Shown in pieces: positions 49,026-58,861 of a stretch of DNA of 64,000 bases. Source of the DNA: Methanobacteriota archaeon (GTDB lineage: Archaea; Thermoplasmatota; E2; DHVEG-1); assembly GCA_963769885.1 (NCBI GenBank), contig CAVYNH010000004.1, positions 75,904 to 139,903 of the forward strand. Direction: 5' to 3'. The position numbers were made by a program, and so were the translations under genes. Numbering within the stretch: the stretch's first letter is position 1; each line of letters opens with the position of its first letter. The notes under the pieces are model-generated. The model searched no databases. It saw only the letters and a list, made by a program, of their open reading frames with translations, and had not been told where the DNA came from.

Positions 49026-50522
49026 ATGTTCCTAAATATTATGCTGAATAAAATAAGGAAAATACAGGAATCTTATTTTACCTTAGTCGAAGATTACTTA
49101 GGAGATTTTTACAAACTTGCTAATAAAAAAGATGGATTATATGGAAAAGTAATTAAAGAATTATATGAAAATAAAATATCTGGATTATCCCATACAGAGT
49201 GTGAACTTACACTAGATTCTTTTGAAGAAGATATTTCAAAAATATGGAAAAAGAATTTTTGGACTATTACAAAAGAAATCGAGGAATTGAACGGAGTAAA
49301 AACATATAATTTTTTCGTCCCGATGCCAAAATCTTTTTCTCTTACAGATACACATGCAACAGAGATTTTTCGAAGATTTGGTCTTTATTCTGATACTATA
49401 ATTTTGGATGATCCAATGTGGCGGGCTGTAGCTAATAAACAAGAGTATGAGGTTCTTTTTCGGTATATGAAATTTTTAATTTATGGTTTAAACATTCTTA
49501 AGATGAAGAATATAGTTCTTGCAGACGTCGACCAACCTATCGCATTAATAGTATCTCTCGACTCCATCGATTCAGCTAGAAAAAAACAATTTCAGTCTAT
49601 TGTTGAAGAACAAATTTGCATGTTTTCATCAACTTTATTCCAAAAAAAACTAGCCAGTTTAGATCAGATTAAATCATTTATGGATTCCAAAATAAAATCT
49701 TTAAAAGAGTTTCAAATGTTCACAAAAAATCAATATACGAATAACAAATTTTTTATCGATGCCGTCAAAGAATTATTTAAATTAAAGACAACTGGCGATA
49801 GTGGAATTCGCTATTTTTATGGAGATGGATTACCATATGTTCTCCCTAAAAAGGAAATCTTCAGTGACATTTTTATTCATGCAGCATATGGTTATGTATC
49901 CTATTCAAATCAAATTTATTTAAAATCATCTCTTATAGATTCTTTCCCATTATTTACAGAAAAAAAAGTGTGGGAAGAATCAAATCAATTTCTTATGAAT
50001 GATTATTCAATGACTGCGAGTTATTTAAAAGGGAAAACGCCAACTCATTTAATTGGAGTCAATGTTTTAGCAGATGATACATTCAAATGGTTAGGTAATG
50101 TTCCAGAACAGACTTTAATTGAACTTAGAAAAAAAGAAGAATTAAGTAATTTTAGACATTTTTTCTCTGATAAATTAAATGAATATCATGATGCAAATTT
50201 AGAAAATATTAATAAAATTATTAAGGACTTAAATTACTCACTGTCTAATGCTTTCAAAAAGCACGAACAAGAGGTAAATGAATTATTGAAAAAATATTCT
50301 ATTAAAAAAGATATCGGCAAACTAATTGTCTCTGGATCTATAGCTATAAGTGGGTCTGTTTATTTTCCATTAGGAGTATTAGGCACAATACTTGGGGGGA
50401 AAACGATAACCGATATTTTCAATAATATTAAACAAAAGAAAAGTGAAATAGAAATATTGAACAAGAGACCTGTGGCAATTTGTTATGAGGCATATAAAGA
50501 TGAAGCAACTGAAAATATTTAA
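49026..50522 (+). CDS. Hypothetical protein (498 aa) immediately downstream of the integrase
   Basis: Track ORF 12 nt after integrase stop; AT-rich; no P-loop or other motif recognised. Confidence 0.45.
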   Translation: MFLNIMLNKIRKIQESYFTLVEDYLGDFYKLANKKDGLYGKVIKELYENKISGLSHTECELTLDSFEEDISKIWKKNFWTITKEIEELNGVKTYNFFVPMPKSFSLTDTHATEIFRRFGLYSDTIILDDPMWRAVANKQEYEVLFRYMKFLIYGLNILKMKNIVLADVDQPIALIVSLDSIDSARKKQFQSIVEEQICMFSSTLFQKKLASLDQIKSFMDSKIKSLKEFQMFTKNQYTNNKFFIDAVKELFKLKTTGDSGIRYFYGDGLPYVLPKKEIFSDIFIHAAYGYVSYSNQIYLKSSLIDSFPLFTEKKVWEESNQFLMNDYSMTASYLKGKTPTHLIGVNVLADDTFKWLGNVPEQTLIELRKKEELSNFRHFFSDKLNEYHDANLENINKIIKDLNYSLSNAFKKHEQEVNELLKKYSIKKDIGKLIVSGSIAISGSVYFPLGVLGTILGGKTITDIFNNIKQKKSEIEILNKRPVAICYEAYKDEATENI

Positions 50523-50610
50523 AAGGATTAAATCCCCTTAGCAATACTACTAAGAAATTTTACTTATTAAGGCTTAATCTTCTAATAAATAAATTTGAAA
50601 TTCCCCGCCC

Positions 50611-50904
50611 TTATTTCTCAGGCTTCAATTCGCCGCATTTGGGGCATATATAAGTAGCCTTTGAAGTCAATTGACCATGGCAGTAAGGGCAAATATAAGT
50701 AGATGGTTTAAGGGAATATCTTCTATAGACAATGGCTGCAATCGCTAAGGCATTGAACAATAAGTATACCCATAAAACATCCAACCAAACAATAGGAATA
50801 CTAAAGAGACTCCAAAAATTGGCGGCTAATAGAAAAACATCGAAAACGAAAAACCATTTACCACTTCGTAGAGCATAATCAACCAAAATAGGAGGAATCC
50901 TCAC
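50611..50904 (-). CDS. Small membrane protein with C-terminal zinc-ribbon (hypothetical)
   Basis: Hydrophobic segments plus CPYCHG...CPKCG. Confidence 0.4.
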   Translation of the reverse strand: MRIPPILVDYALRSGKWFFVFDVFLLAANFWSLFSIPIVWLDVLWVYLLFNALAIAAIVYRRYSLKPSTYICPYCHGQLTSKATYICPKCGELKPEK

Positions 50905-51159
50905 TTAGACCCTCCTTTCCACAAAACAACCACAATTAGGACATTGAATCATTTCTTTTGTCAAAACTCGATTACATCTCGGGCATTTCCGGCCAGAAGA
51001 TACTCTAGAAGGGCTCCTAAAGCTATACCCCCAATAATACCGAGAGCGACCCCAGCTATTGCTTCACCCAGATCAGCATCGTCTCTCTTACTCATCTCGT
51101 GCAAATGAAGTCAAACACTACATAAAAACATTGCTCCAAGCTTAGTTTTTTATTTTTCT

Positions 51160-52449
51160 TTACAATTCACTAAGGGTATCATTATCAATTTGTTCAATAG
51201 TCTCGATGCCAAAATGTTTCCTTAGTATTATGATCAATTCAGATATCAGATAAATAGCTAAAATTGCTGTTAATCTTATGTTTGCTCTTTTTTCAAAAGT
51301 GTCAAGATCATTAGGTTCTGGAAATAACTCATGAGCTGACTTAGAAGCCGAGATGTGAAAAGAAAGAAAATAGGAGCCTACCCTGCTATCAATAATATTT
51401 TTTGTTTCAAGGATTTTTTCCAAGTCTCTAAGAGATTCCTTCTTATTAAACTCTATCTTTTTCAAGGAACAAATCTTTTCTCCTATCGATTGTAATAAGG
51501 CTCTAGCATCTCTGAATAATGAACTATATTCTCTATTTCTGTAAGATTGATATATTTTTTCTATCGAAGGATAATAATATTCTAAAATTTCGCCTAATTC
51601 CTTATTAGAAGTCCCCCTTAAGTTCTTCAAATGTTGATAAAGAGCCTCAGCAATTTTCATTGTTTTTAAAGGATCTCGGTCAAAGAAGTCAAATCTTTCA
51701 TCTTGATAAGATCCTGAATCAAAAGAGTCTTCCAATTTCTTCTGAATTTCTTCATATGGAATATCAAATTCTAATATCTTTTTCTTGATTTTTGGTGAAA
51801 TATTATTTATCAAACTAACTATAGAATTATAATCAGTAAGAGCACCACCACTATCCAAACCACAACAATTGGGGAAAATGACCCAAAAAGAGAAATCGCC
51901 AAGACCCGCTCTTAAATCTAAGAAAATTGCCCAGGTGAAATTTCTATTTTGCAAATGACCTATATGTCTTATCTTATAAATTAAAATCTTTTTGGGTTTA
52001 AATGAAAGATAACCATTGAGAATAATCTCAAAAAAAACAGAAGCTGAAAGACCAATATTACTGAAAATTTTAATGGGACGATCTCCAAAAATAAAATTAA
52101 CTTTTTCCTTCTCCTTTTTATTATTAAATTCATGAGCTGAAGAAGAGATCCATCTTGAGAAAAATTTTAATCCCGGAAAATAAGAGAAAAAGGATGTTGT
52201 ATTGAGCTGAGTCAAACCAAACTCATTCTGATAGATCAAAGAGCACTTTATTACTGGTAAATTCTCCTTATCTTGACCTTCTAAACTAGCAAATAAAAAA
52301 ATCGATTCTTCTTTCGATTCAATATTCGCTAAAAAATAATCTGTAAGTTCTGCATCTTCTATCCCTCTCTTTTCCACTTTCGGTTTTTTTATATTGAACT
52401 CTCGAATAATTTGATTTACGCCTTCCTCAAATTCTTCCCTTGTCAACAT
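51160..52449 (-). CDS. Hypothetical protein (429 aa)
   Basis: Track ORF; AT-rich; no motif recognised with confidence. Confidence 0.45.
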   Translation of the reverse strand: MLTREEFEEGVNQIIREFNIKKPKVEKRGIEDAELTDYFLANIESKEESIFLFASLEGQDKENLPVIKCSLIYQNEFGLTQLNTTSFFSYFPGLKFFSRWISSSAHEFNNKKEKEKVNFIFGDRPIKIFSNIGLSASVFFEIILNGYLSFKPKKILIYKIRHIGHLQNRNFTWAIFLDLRAGLGDFSFWVIFPNCCGLDSGGALTDYNSIVSLINNISPKIKKKILEFDIPYEEIQKKLEDSFDSGSYQDERFDFFDRDPLKTMKIAEALYQHLKNLRGTSNKELGEILEYYYPSIEKIYQSYRNREYSSLFRDARALLQSIGEKICSLKKIEFNKKESLRDLEKILETKNIIDSRVGSYFLSFHISASKSAHELFPEPNDLDTFEKRANIRLTAILAIYLISELIIILRKHFGIETIEQIDNDTLSEL

Positions 52450-52648
52450 TCGGGTTAAGAAGGAATTAATTAAAGATAAATCTTGGTATCTAAAGGTAAA
52501 GGTAGGTATAGTTGAGGCTACACCTTATCCTATGAGAAAATCATGCAATAATCCTAACCCTCTCTTTTGGCATAGCTCGAACCCCCAGCCAGTTTAAAGC
52601 GGTTCATGAATAATAAAAGAAATAAACGACTTACCTAAAAGCTGTGTT

Positions 52649-53050
52649 TTATTCTGATTCAGTATTGGTATCTTCCTTAGATATTACGATAAGCCATCCA
52701 GGAGAATTTGACTTAACATACATTTTATTCCCGCTTGGAAAATATGTAATTTCAGAGGGCGGATATTTCGGAACGATTTTTGGACCTTTGCGAGGTTCGA
52801 TCTCATACAAGTTTTGCCCAGATTGAACATATAAAAGATCAGGCTCCCCATATCCAATAAGCCTTAACTTTGATTCCTGAGAACTGTTTTTTTTATCTTC
52901 CAAATCATAGTGATGCTGACTCTTATCAGGTAAAATAATATGAAGCCCTGAAGGAGAAGCCTGGGGTTTTAATTTCCACCACACTCCAGGTTTTTCTATT
53001 AAGTAGTATTTCTTTTGATTGATTATTACTGGTTTACCTGATTTAGTCAT
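52649..53050 (-). CDS. Hypothetical protein (133 aa)
   Basis: Track ORF; no motif recognised. Confidence 0.35.
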   Translation of the reverse strand: MTKSGKPVIINQKKYYLIEKPGVWWKLKPQASPSGLHIILPDKSQHHYDLEDKKNSSQESKLRLIGYGEPDLLYVQSGQNLYEIEPRKGPKIVPKYPPSEITYFPSGNKMYVKSNSPGWLIVISKEDTNTESE

Positions 53051-53206
53051 AGACTTGAATATATCTCCGTTGTTTTCTTTTTTCCTTTTAGTGTTAATGA
53101 CCGGCTTTAAAACCTTCCCGGAATTATCCCTTATTGATCAAACTATTATTAAAAAATAGCACACTTTCAAAAGCATGTTTATATAGTTTTTAATCATTAA
53201 CATGGA

Positions 53207-53452
53207 CTTAGTGTTTTCGGGCCTGTTTTTTATAAGGGGATGTGAACAAGTTTTCAGAGTTCCTTCAGCGGCTTTGAATATCCATCTAGCAATTCCACTA
53301 GATAACAGTTAGATTTCCTATTCGAATAGTCAATATTTTTCAATCAGATAAGTAATCATATTTGACAAACTACGTTTTTCCTTTTCTGCTATCTTTTTTA
53401 ATTTTTCTACGCTTTCTTTAGGGATGGTAATGTTGAGTCTCACGTATGCCAT
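53207..53452 (-). CDS. Ribbon-helix-helix (CopG/Arc-like) small DNA-binding protein candidate
   Basis: Own translation (not in ORF track): MAYVRLNITIPKESVEKLKKIAEKEKRSLSNMITYLIE... beta-strand then two helices typical of RHH; 81 codons to a TAA stop by my reading. Absence from the track means a reading error cannot be excluded. Confidence 0.35.
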
Positions 53453-53549
53453 GCTTATTTAATATGTGGTAAATGTGTTTTATGCTATATACAGATTTTA
53501 TACATACTTGATATGTTTATATACTGTATTCAGTATGCATGAATAAAGA

Positions 53550-54452
53550 ATGAAAAAAATCGTTCAAGAGAGAAACGCAGTTGCAGGAGTTATTGAAGCA
53601 TTGCTTCTCGTCGCTCTCATCGCCATCATCATCTCAATGATCCAACTCCAATACATCCCGCAAATCATGGAACAACGAGAAGCAGACCACATGGACCAAG
53701 TCGCAAACCAATTCGCGTACCTTAAATCTCTCATTGACATCCAGGCTGTCGCAGGATCCATGGGAACAGGAACGCCCCTCGCCTCCGCGCCCATGAACGC
53801 CCAGTTGACACTAGGAAGCGGGCAGCTGCCATATTTCATTACTGCGCCAGCAGTCGGCCAGATACAAGTAGAGAACGACAGTCAATCCTTCATCACTATA
53901 GGACCCTACCCGTTATATGAAGAGAAGACACAACATCCAAAAGACAAGTTTTGGTTGGCTTGTATCGAGTATGATGCTGATAACTCCTATTTCGTTGATC
54001 AGACATATATCCTTGAAGGCGGAGGTATCATCCTAAGTCAGCCGCATGGGAAACCCGTCATGAGAGCGGACCCCTGCATTTCCTTCACAAACAACAGCAA
54101 TAATAGTATCACGGTACGATTCTACCTCCCCATCATCATCGGATACGCTGGGAAGAATATGACCTCTGGCACAGGCAGCTGCTTTGTACGGACAACCTAC
54201 GCTAATTCCACCACCTATGCCACAAGGCCAGGGGATTGGAGCAACATCACCATCCAATCACGGTACGCAGACGCCTGGAACGAGTCATTGCATCGAGCCT
54301 TCAGCCCAGTTAAAAACTACGTACAAGTTGCTCACATCCCAGGGACGAATACCGTACAAATAACGTCGTCAGCGCCACGAATACAACCAATAAATCTTGT
54401 GTTAACCATAGTGGTGATTCAGTGCGAGATCGGCCCCGGATGGGTCATCTAA
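53550..54452 (+). CDS. Putative archaeal type IV pilin-like protein (class III signal peptide)
   Basis: N-terminus MKKIVQERNAVAGVIEALLLVALIAIIISM: charged region then hydrophobic helix as in prepilin signal peptides; Thr/Ser/Asn-rich remainder. Confidence 0.4.
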   Translation: MKKIVQERNAVAGVIEALLLVALIAIIISMIQLQYIPQIMEQREADHMDQVANQFAYLKSLIDIQAVAGSMGTGTPLASAPMNAQLTLGSGQLPYFITAPAVGQIQVENDSQSFITIGPYPLYEEKTQHPKDKFWLACIEYDADNSYFVDQTYILEGGGIILSQPHGKPVMRADPCISFTNNSNNSITVRFYLPIIIGYAGKNMTSGTGSCFVRTTYANSTTYATRPGDWSNITIQSRYADAWNESLHRAFSPVKNYVQVAHIPGTNTVQITSSAPRIQPINLVLTIVVIQCEIGPGWVI

Positions 54453-54655
54453 CAAGAAAGATGATAAGGCGTAAGAACAACAGCCACAAGACACACCAAA
54501 CAAGTAAGAGAATGGCTCTTGTTATATCCTATGACTCGCGTCCCCTTCTTGTTTTTTGTGCCTTGTTTTAGTGGTCTTGTGAGTTTCGCTCGGTTCTCCT
54601 CGAGATCACAAGAGTCCAGCCAAGAACCCTCGAACCCCTCGCAAGAGATTGCATC

Positions 54656-55222
54656 TTAGAGAAGTCTCTTCTCCTTCTTGATGCTTGGATTCAGGAACCC
54701 ACTGCGTTTCAACGGCACAACCACATCTAACAATGTCATGTCAACGACGTTACCCGTATAGGAAGTTCGGAATAGCTCCTGGAACTGCACGGCCTGAGCC
54801 ATGCCTGGAGCAGTGAAGACAACGATCTCATCCACGATGCTACCGTCGACCCAGAGATCATCCTCCACCACAACCCCAAGCTTCTCCCCAGTCTTATCAG
54901 CCACCCTTTTCACTAGGGCGGCTTCAAACTCATTCTCCACCGGCTGATGCGACCATTGCACAAGCAAGACGTACGCCTTCCTGTTGATTTTCTCCAAATC
55001 GGGGACGGCGTGATATCCCCAAGTGAACTGTTCGGAGTCCAAAGTTTTAATGATCCGCCAGACCTTCTGCCGGGAAAACCCGACGTTCTTGGAGATTTCA
55101 TCGATACTTGCATTACAGTTCTTCTGTAATTCCGCCAGCACCTTGATCCGGTCATCCGCCATCTTCTTTTTACTCGTCTTTGCCATAGCCTTCTCTTCAG
55201 ATGTGTTCAACCCTCGGTACAC
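54656..55222 (-). CDS. Lrp/AsnC-like HTH regulator-like protein (paralog of 22438..22968)
   Basis: DRIKVLAELQKNCNASIDEISKNVGFSRQKVWRIIKTL; same domain order and ~60% identity with the 22438..22968 protein. Confidence 0.45.
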   Translation of the reverse strand: MYRGLNTSEEKAMAKTSKKKMADDRIKVLAELQKNCNASIDEISKNVGFSRQKVWRIIKTLDSEQFTWGYHAVPDLEKINRKAYVLLVQWSHQPVENEFEAALVKRVADKTGEKLGVVVEDDLWVDGSIVDEIVVFTAPGMAQAVQFQELFRTSYTGNVVDMTLLDVVVPLKRSGFLNPSIKKEKRLL

Positions 55223-55672
55223 AAGAACGGTATTTATACGTAACCCCTAACCAACAAAAAGGAGGAGAGACATCCTCTGAAGAGCATCATCTTTTTTTCT
55301 CTGGTTCTCTCCTAGTACTCCTTCAAGGACGAATAGGGCTTTGCATACAAACTCCTTAAATTCGACAATTGGACATAAAGTCCAACGGACCTCCTCGCCT
55401 CAATATCGACCTTGAGGCCAAGCTCGACCAAGGTAGTGGCTGCCGATGCACCGCGCTGCGGTTCACATGATTCGCAATAGTTGGGTTCATCTGTTGGCTG
55501 GCTTGTTGGTTGGGGTCCACCTTCGGAATCAGATATATGTAGTCGTTTTCAACCAACAAACCAATCAACGAACCTTTAGACCCATCGAATTTCGGTTATT
55601 ATTATTAACCGAAAAACAGCACAAAAAATGAAGCCAGTTTCAAAGAAAAATACACATATATGAGAAATTACA

Positions 55673-56050
55673 ATGGCAGGTTCTATGGATTTCAGGACGA
55701 CGCTGAGACATCTCAATGGTGCAGGAGAGGTTACGCCTCGTGAATTTGTTCAGTATCTGATACGAAAAGGAGTCATGAAGGGGATGCCAGCGAAGAATGC
55801 CTCGCAATATCTTTCACGGTTGTTCAAAATGGGGCTCGCGTACAGGAGGTTAGATAAACGAAGCTACTATGGTGAGAGACCCCGGAAAAAACCGTACCGC
55901 TACCGGATCAGTCAGCAAGGAATCCGCTACCTCAAATGGCTGAAGGAACAAGAAACTAAAATTGACCTGCCGATGACAATTGCAGAGCGACTCGCGGAAT
56001 TAGATAAAGAACAAGACGCCCTCGAAAAACAGTTGTTCTCCCGACATTAG
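55673..56050 (+). CDS. Small winged-helix DNA-binding protein upstream of the integrase (possible element regulator)
   Basis: 125 aa; basic, helix-rich (REFVQYLIRKGVMKGMPAKNASQYLSRLFKMGLAYRR); position immediately upstream of the integrase. Confidence 0.4.
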   Translation: MAGSMDFRTTLRHLNGAGEVTPREFVQYLIRKGVMKGMPAKNASQYLSRLFKMGLAYRRLDKRSYYGERPRKKPYRYRISQQGIRYLKWLKEQETKIDLPMTIAERLAELDKEQDALEKQLFSRH

Positions 56051-56341
56051 ACATTGATCTCCTTAGGAAAAAATAGCGGGTCTTTTTCCGTTGAAAATCG
56101 GAAATGCTATTAACCACCTCGGTTTCGTCACCTATGAGCATTGATGACAGGCAGCCAATCCATACCTGAGGGAGTCCGAACACCGGGGACGCTCACAGGT
56201 AATTTTTTATCCCAGGGATCGTATATAATCCCTACCAGATCGCCGTATGACCTGGTAGGAGGCGTATCAAAAAAATGGACCCACACTACACCACAGTTAG
56301 GCGAACATTTTGCAAACAATCAACCCCTACACGGGGAGGAA

Positions 56342-57493
56342 ATGGTGAATCGACCTTATGTAATTCAACCGTACCTTAATGTAGACGAAAGACCACGAAT
56401 CGATGATAGAAAGCTGATCATCTCGTTGCATGTCGACCGATCTAAATATACCACCCATGAAGAAATATACCATGAGATCACAAAATGGTGGGTCAACATC
56501 AAGAATCGATCCGCAACTACCGTAAAAGACCGCATATGCCATGCACGATCTATGCAACACCACCCGATCTACCCGGTAGACTGGCTGCAATTTGACCCAG
56601 TGCAAATCCTAAACCAATTACTCTACCGGCAGATCCACGAGTATCCAGAACTCGCTAAAAAGACCGGCAGACCAACCTACGGAGTGACACAGTTAAACAA
56701 TCTCTGGAAAGTCGTACGAATGTTCTCAGAGGCGTACGGCGTCGATATTTCGCATTGGGGCTGGACTCCGCCAACTCCGCCAGAGCCACAAGTCAAAATC
56801 GTTCCCAGGCCAGAAACCGTCAACAAACTCATGCACCATTGGTACACGAACGATCGATTCGAGAACGCCCTCATTCGAACGCTGTTAACCGTTGGTTTTC
56901 ACACTGGAGTACGACCAGAGGAACTTGTCATCCTGAAGGTTAAAGATGTGCGCTTTGATGAAGGATATCTCCTCATCCACGAACAAAAAAAGAAATACCG
57001 AGAGCGACAAGTATGGATCGATGAATCGGTTCTCTCAAGCCGCCAACAAAACAGCCTACGAAACTGGGTAATCCTTTGGAGACCGCGAAAAGCCAACGAG
57101 AAATCTGGAGATTTTCTGTTCATCCAGAAGAATGGCACCCCGTTTCCATCTGCAGAAGCCCTTCGCATGTACCTCATGCCTTTCTGCAAGCCAGTATGGC
57201 CTGATTTCAAGCCTAGAATCATGAGGGACTGGAGCGCCATCGCACGGTTGATACGAACAAAAATCGAGACAAAGAAATGGGATACCAGGATCGTGAAAAA
57301 CGATCTCGGGCATAAACATGAGAAAACGACGGAAAGCTATATTCGATTCGCGGAAAACTACTATCGCAGGGACCCATACGATTGGCTACGGGCCGTCCTG
57401 AAATTTCACCCAGACAGCAAACGAATGCTGTCTCTGAGACAGGAATACGGGCCGAGCCAAGAAGTTACCGTAATAGTTCCGCACGCAATGTAG
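56342..57493 (+). CDS. Tyrosine recombinase/integrase adjacent to the 3' end of tRNA-Arg
   Basis: Start set at ATG 56342 preceded by GGGGAGGAA; catalytic region VGFHTGVRPEEL...LGHKHEKTTESYIRF (H...Y); ends 70 nt from the tRNA 3' end. Confidence 0.7.
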   Translation: MVNRPYVIQPYLNVDERPRIDDRKLIISLHVDRSKYTTHEEIYHEITKWWVNIKNRSATTVKDRICHARSMQHHPIYPVDWLQFDPVQILNQLLYRQIHEYPELAKKTGRPTYGVTQLNNLWKVVRMFSEAYGVDISHWGWTPPTPPEPQVKIVPRPETVNKLMHHWYTNDRFENALIRTLLTVGFHTGVRPEELVILKVKDVRFDEGYLLIHEQKKKYRERQVWIDESVLSSRQQNSLRNWVILWRPRKANEKSGDFLFIQKNGTPFPSAEALRMYLMPFCKPVWPDFKPRIMRDWSAIARLIRTKIETKKWDTRIVKNDLGHKHEKTTESYIRFAENYYRRDPYDWLRAVLKFHPDSKRMLSLRQEYGPSQEVTVIVPHAM

Positions 57494-57563
57494 GTACATG
57501 TGGAATCTCAACAACGGGTAAAAACAGGGCTCCTGAGGTACGAGTCCCTCCTGTTGAATTTTA

Positions 57564-57637
57564 CGGACCTGTCGGGATTTGAACCCGAGTCAGAGGCTCC
57601 GGAGGCCTCTGTGATATCCAAGCTACACTACAGGTCC
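57564..57637 (-). tRNA. tRNA-Arg (anticodon CCG)
   Basis: Own fold: acceptor GGACCTG/CAGGTCC, anticodon stem GAGGC/GCCTC with loop CTCCGGA, T-arm TCGGG-TTCAAAT-CCCGA, discriminator G; 74 nt. Confidence 0.75.
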
Positions 57638-57740
57638 ACGAGTGTTTCTTTGCTATCAATCCAACCTTAATTAGATTTTCCACAAGCAACATAAACCACC
57701 ACGAGCCTCGACCACATATAATAAAACCGGAGAACCACGT

Positions 57741-58253
57741 ATGGAACTCTCAGATGCCATCGCCAGGCGCGTCAGCATCCGCGCCTATCAGGACCGCCCC
57801 ATCCCTAAAGACCTTATCACCGAGTTCATCCGACAGGCACACCTCGCGCCCTCCGCCGGCAACCTCCAAGCCCGCGACTTCATCGTCGTCGACAACCAAG
57901 GCGTAAAAGACCAGCTTGCCGCCGCCGCCAACCACCAGACCTTCATCGCCGACGCCCCCTACATCATCGCCGTCTGCGCCAACACCCAGCGCATCGCCAC
58001 CTACGCCTGCCGCGGAACCAGCCTCTACATGATCCAGGATGCGGCCGCCGCCGTCGAACACCTCCTCCTGCTCGCCGCTGACCATGGCCTGGGCAGCTGC
58101 TGGATTGGCGCCTTCGACGATCAACAAGTCGCACGAATCCTTGACCTGCCCTCGCATGTCATCCCTCAGGCGCTCGTTCCCATCGGCTACCCCGCGAAAC
58201 CCGGCAGCCCCCACCAGCGACACCGCCTCCAGATTCACTGGAACGAATGGTGA
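57741..58253 (+). CDS. Nitroreductase-family protein
   Basis: RVSIRAYQDRPIP, LAPSAGNLQ, GLGSCWIGAFD motifs typical of NADH/FMN nitroreductases; GC-rich. Confidence 0.7.
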   Translation: MELSDAIARRVSIRAYQDRPIPKDLITEFIRQAHLAPSAGNLQARDFIVVDNQGVKDQLAAAANHQTFIADAPYIIAVCANTQRIATYACRGTSLYMIQDAAAAVEHLLLLAADHGLGSCWIGAFDDQQVARILDLPSHVIPQALVPIGYPAKPGSPHQRHRLQIHWNEW

Positions 58254-58300
58254 ACAAACAAAGGGAAAAAAAGAGGAAAAAATAGAACCAAAGAGCTGTT

Positions 58301-58453
58301 CTATTTCTTGAACTCGGTGTAGCCGCACTTGCCGCAGCTCACCCGGTTTTTATGCTCGGCGAGGAACACGCCGTCGCCGCACTTCGGACAGCTCTTCCGC
58401 GTGCGGACAATCTTGTCACCTTCGACCTTAAAGACTTCACGTTTCTCAACCAT
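58301..58453 (-). CDS. rps27ae: 30S ribosomal protein S27ae
   Basis: Own translation [50 protein letters not shown] (C4 zinc ribbon); below track length cutoff. Confidence 0.75.
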   Translation of the reverse strand: MVEKREVFKVEGDKIVRTRKSCPKCGDGVFLAEHKNRVSCGKCGYTEFKK

Positions 58454-58459
58454 GAACCC

Positions 58460-58855
58460 TCACTTCTTCTCCTCAGCGGCGGGCTTCGCAGTGGCAGGCT
58501 TCGCCTGGCCGCCCTCCTTCTTCTCTTCCTTCTTTTCTTCTTTCTTCTCTTCTTTCTTCTTCGCCTTCTTCTTCGTCCCCATCCCATTGCGCTTTAGGAT
58601 CGGGTCAGCCTCCGCGGCCTTGGCATCAGCCGGACTTGCGTACACCTTGGCGTACCCCAAGGTCGTCCGCATCCCAAACGAAGACCGCATGTGGTCGATC
58701 ACCACGTTTTCCTTCTTCGCGCTCAGTTTCTCCGCGAGCTCACTGCGAATAAGCTCGCGCTTTGGCGTCCCCTCGTTCTCATGTCGGACGAGGAACTGGA
58801 CCTCCATGCGCTTGAGCAGGACATTGTCATTCTTCGATTGAATCTCAACTTCCAT
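58460..58855 (-). CDS. rps24e: 30S ribosomal protein S24e with Lys/Glu-rich C-terminal tail
   Basis: MEVEIQSKNDNVLLKRMEVQFLVRHENEGTPKRELIRSELAEKL...; conserved neighbourhood with rps27ae. Confidence 0.75.
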   Translation of the reverse strand: MEVEIQSKNDNVLLKRMEVQFLVRHENEGTPKRELIRSELAEKLSAKKENVVIDHMRSSFGMRTTLGYAKVYASPADAKAAEADPILKRNGMGTKKKAKKKEEKKEEKKEEKKEGGQAKPATAKPAAEEKK

Positions 58856-58861
58856 AGACCA

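Noticed and set aside
58480-58590. Short tandem ctt/ctc-rich repeats resembling a micro-repeat array
   Set aside because: They encode the Lys/Glu-rich C-terminal tail of rps24e (KKKAKKKEEKKEEKKEEKKE); similar tails occur on rpoE' and rps6e. Coding low complexity, not a CRISPR or regulatory array.
58329-58841. 170-aa plus-strand ORF and other ORFs antisense to rps27ae/rps24e
   Set aside because: Antisense to a conserved ribosomal-protein cluster with clear motifs; GC-rich artefacts.
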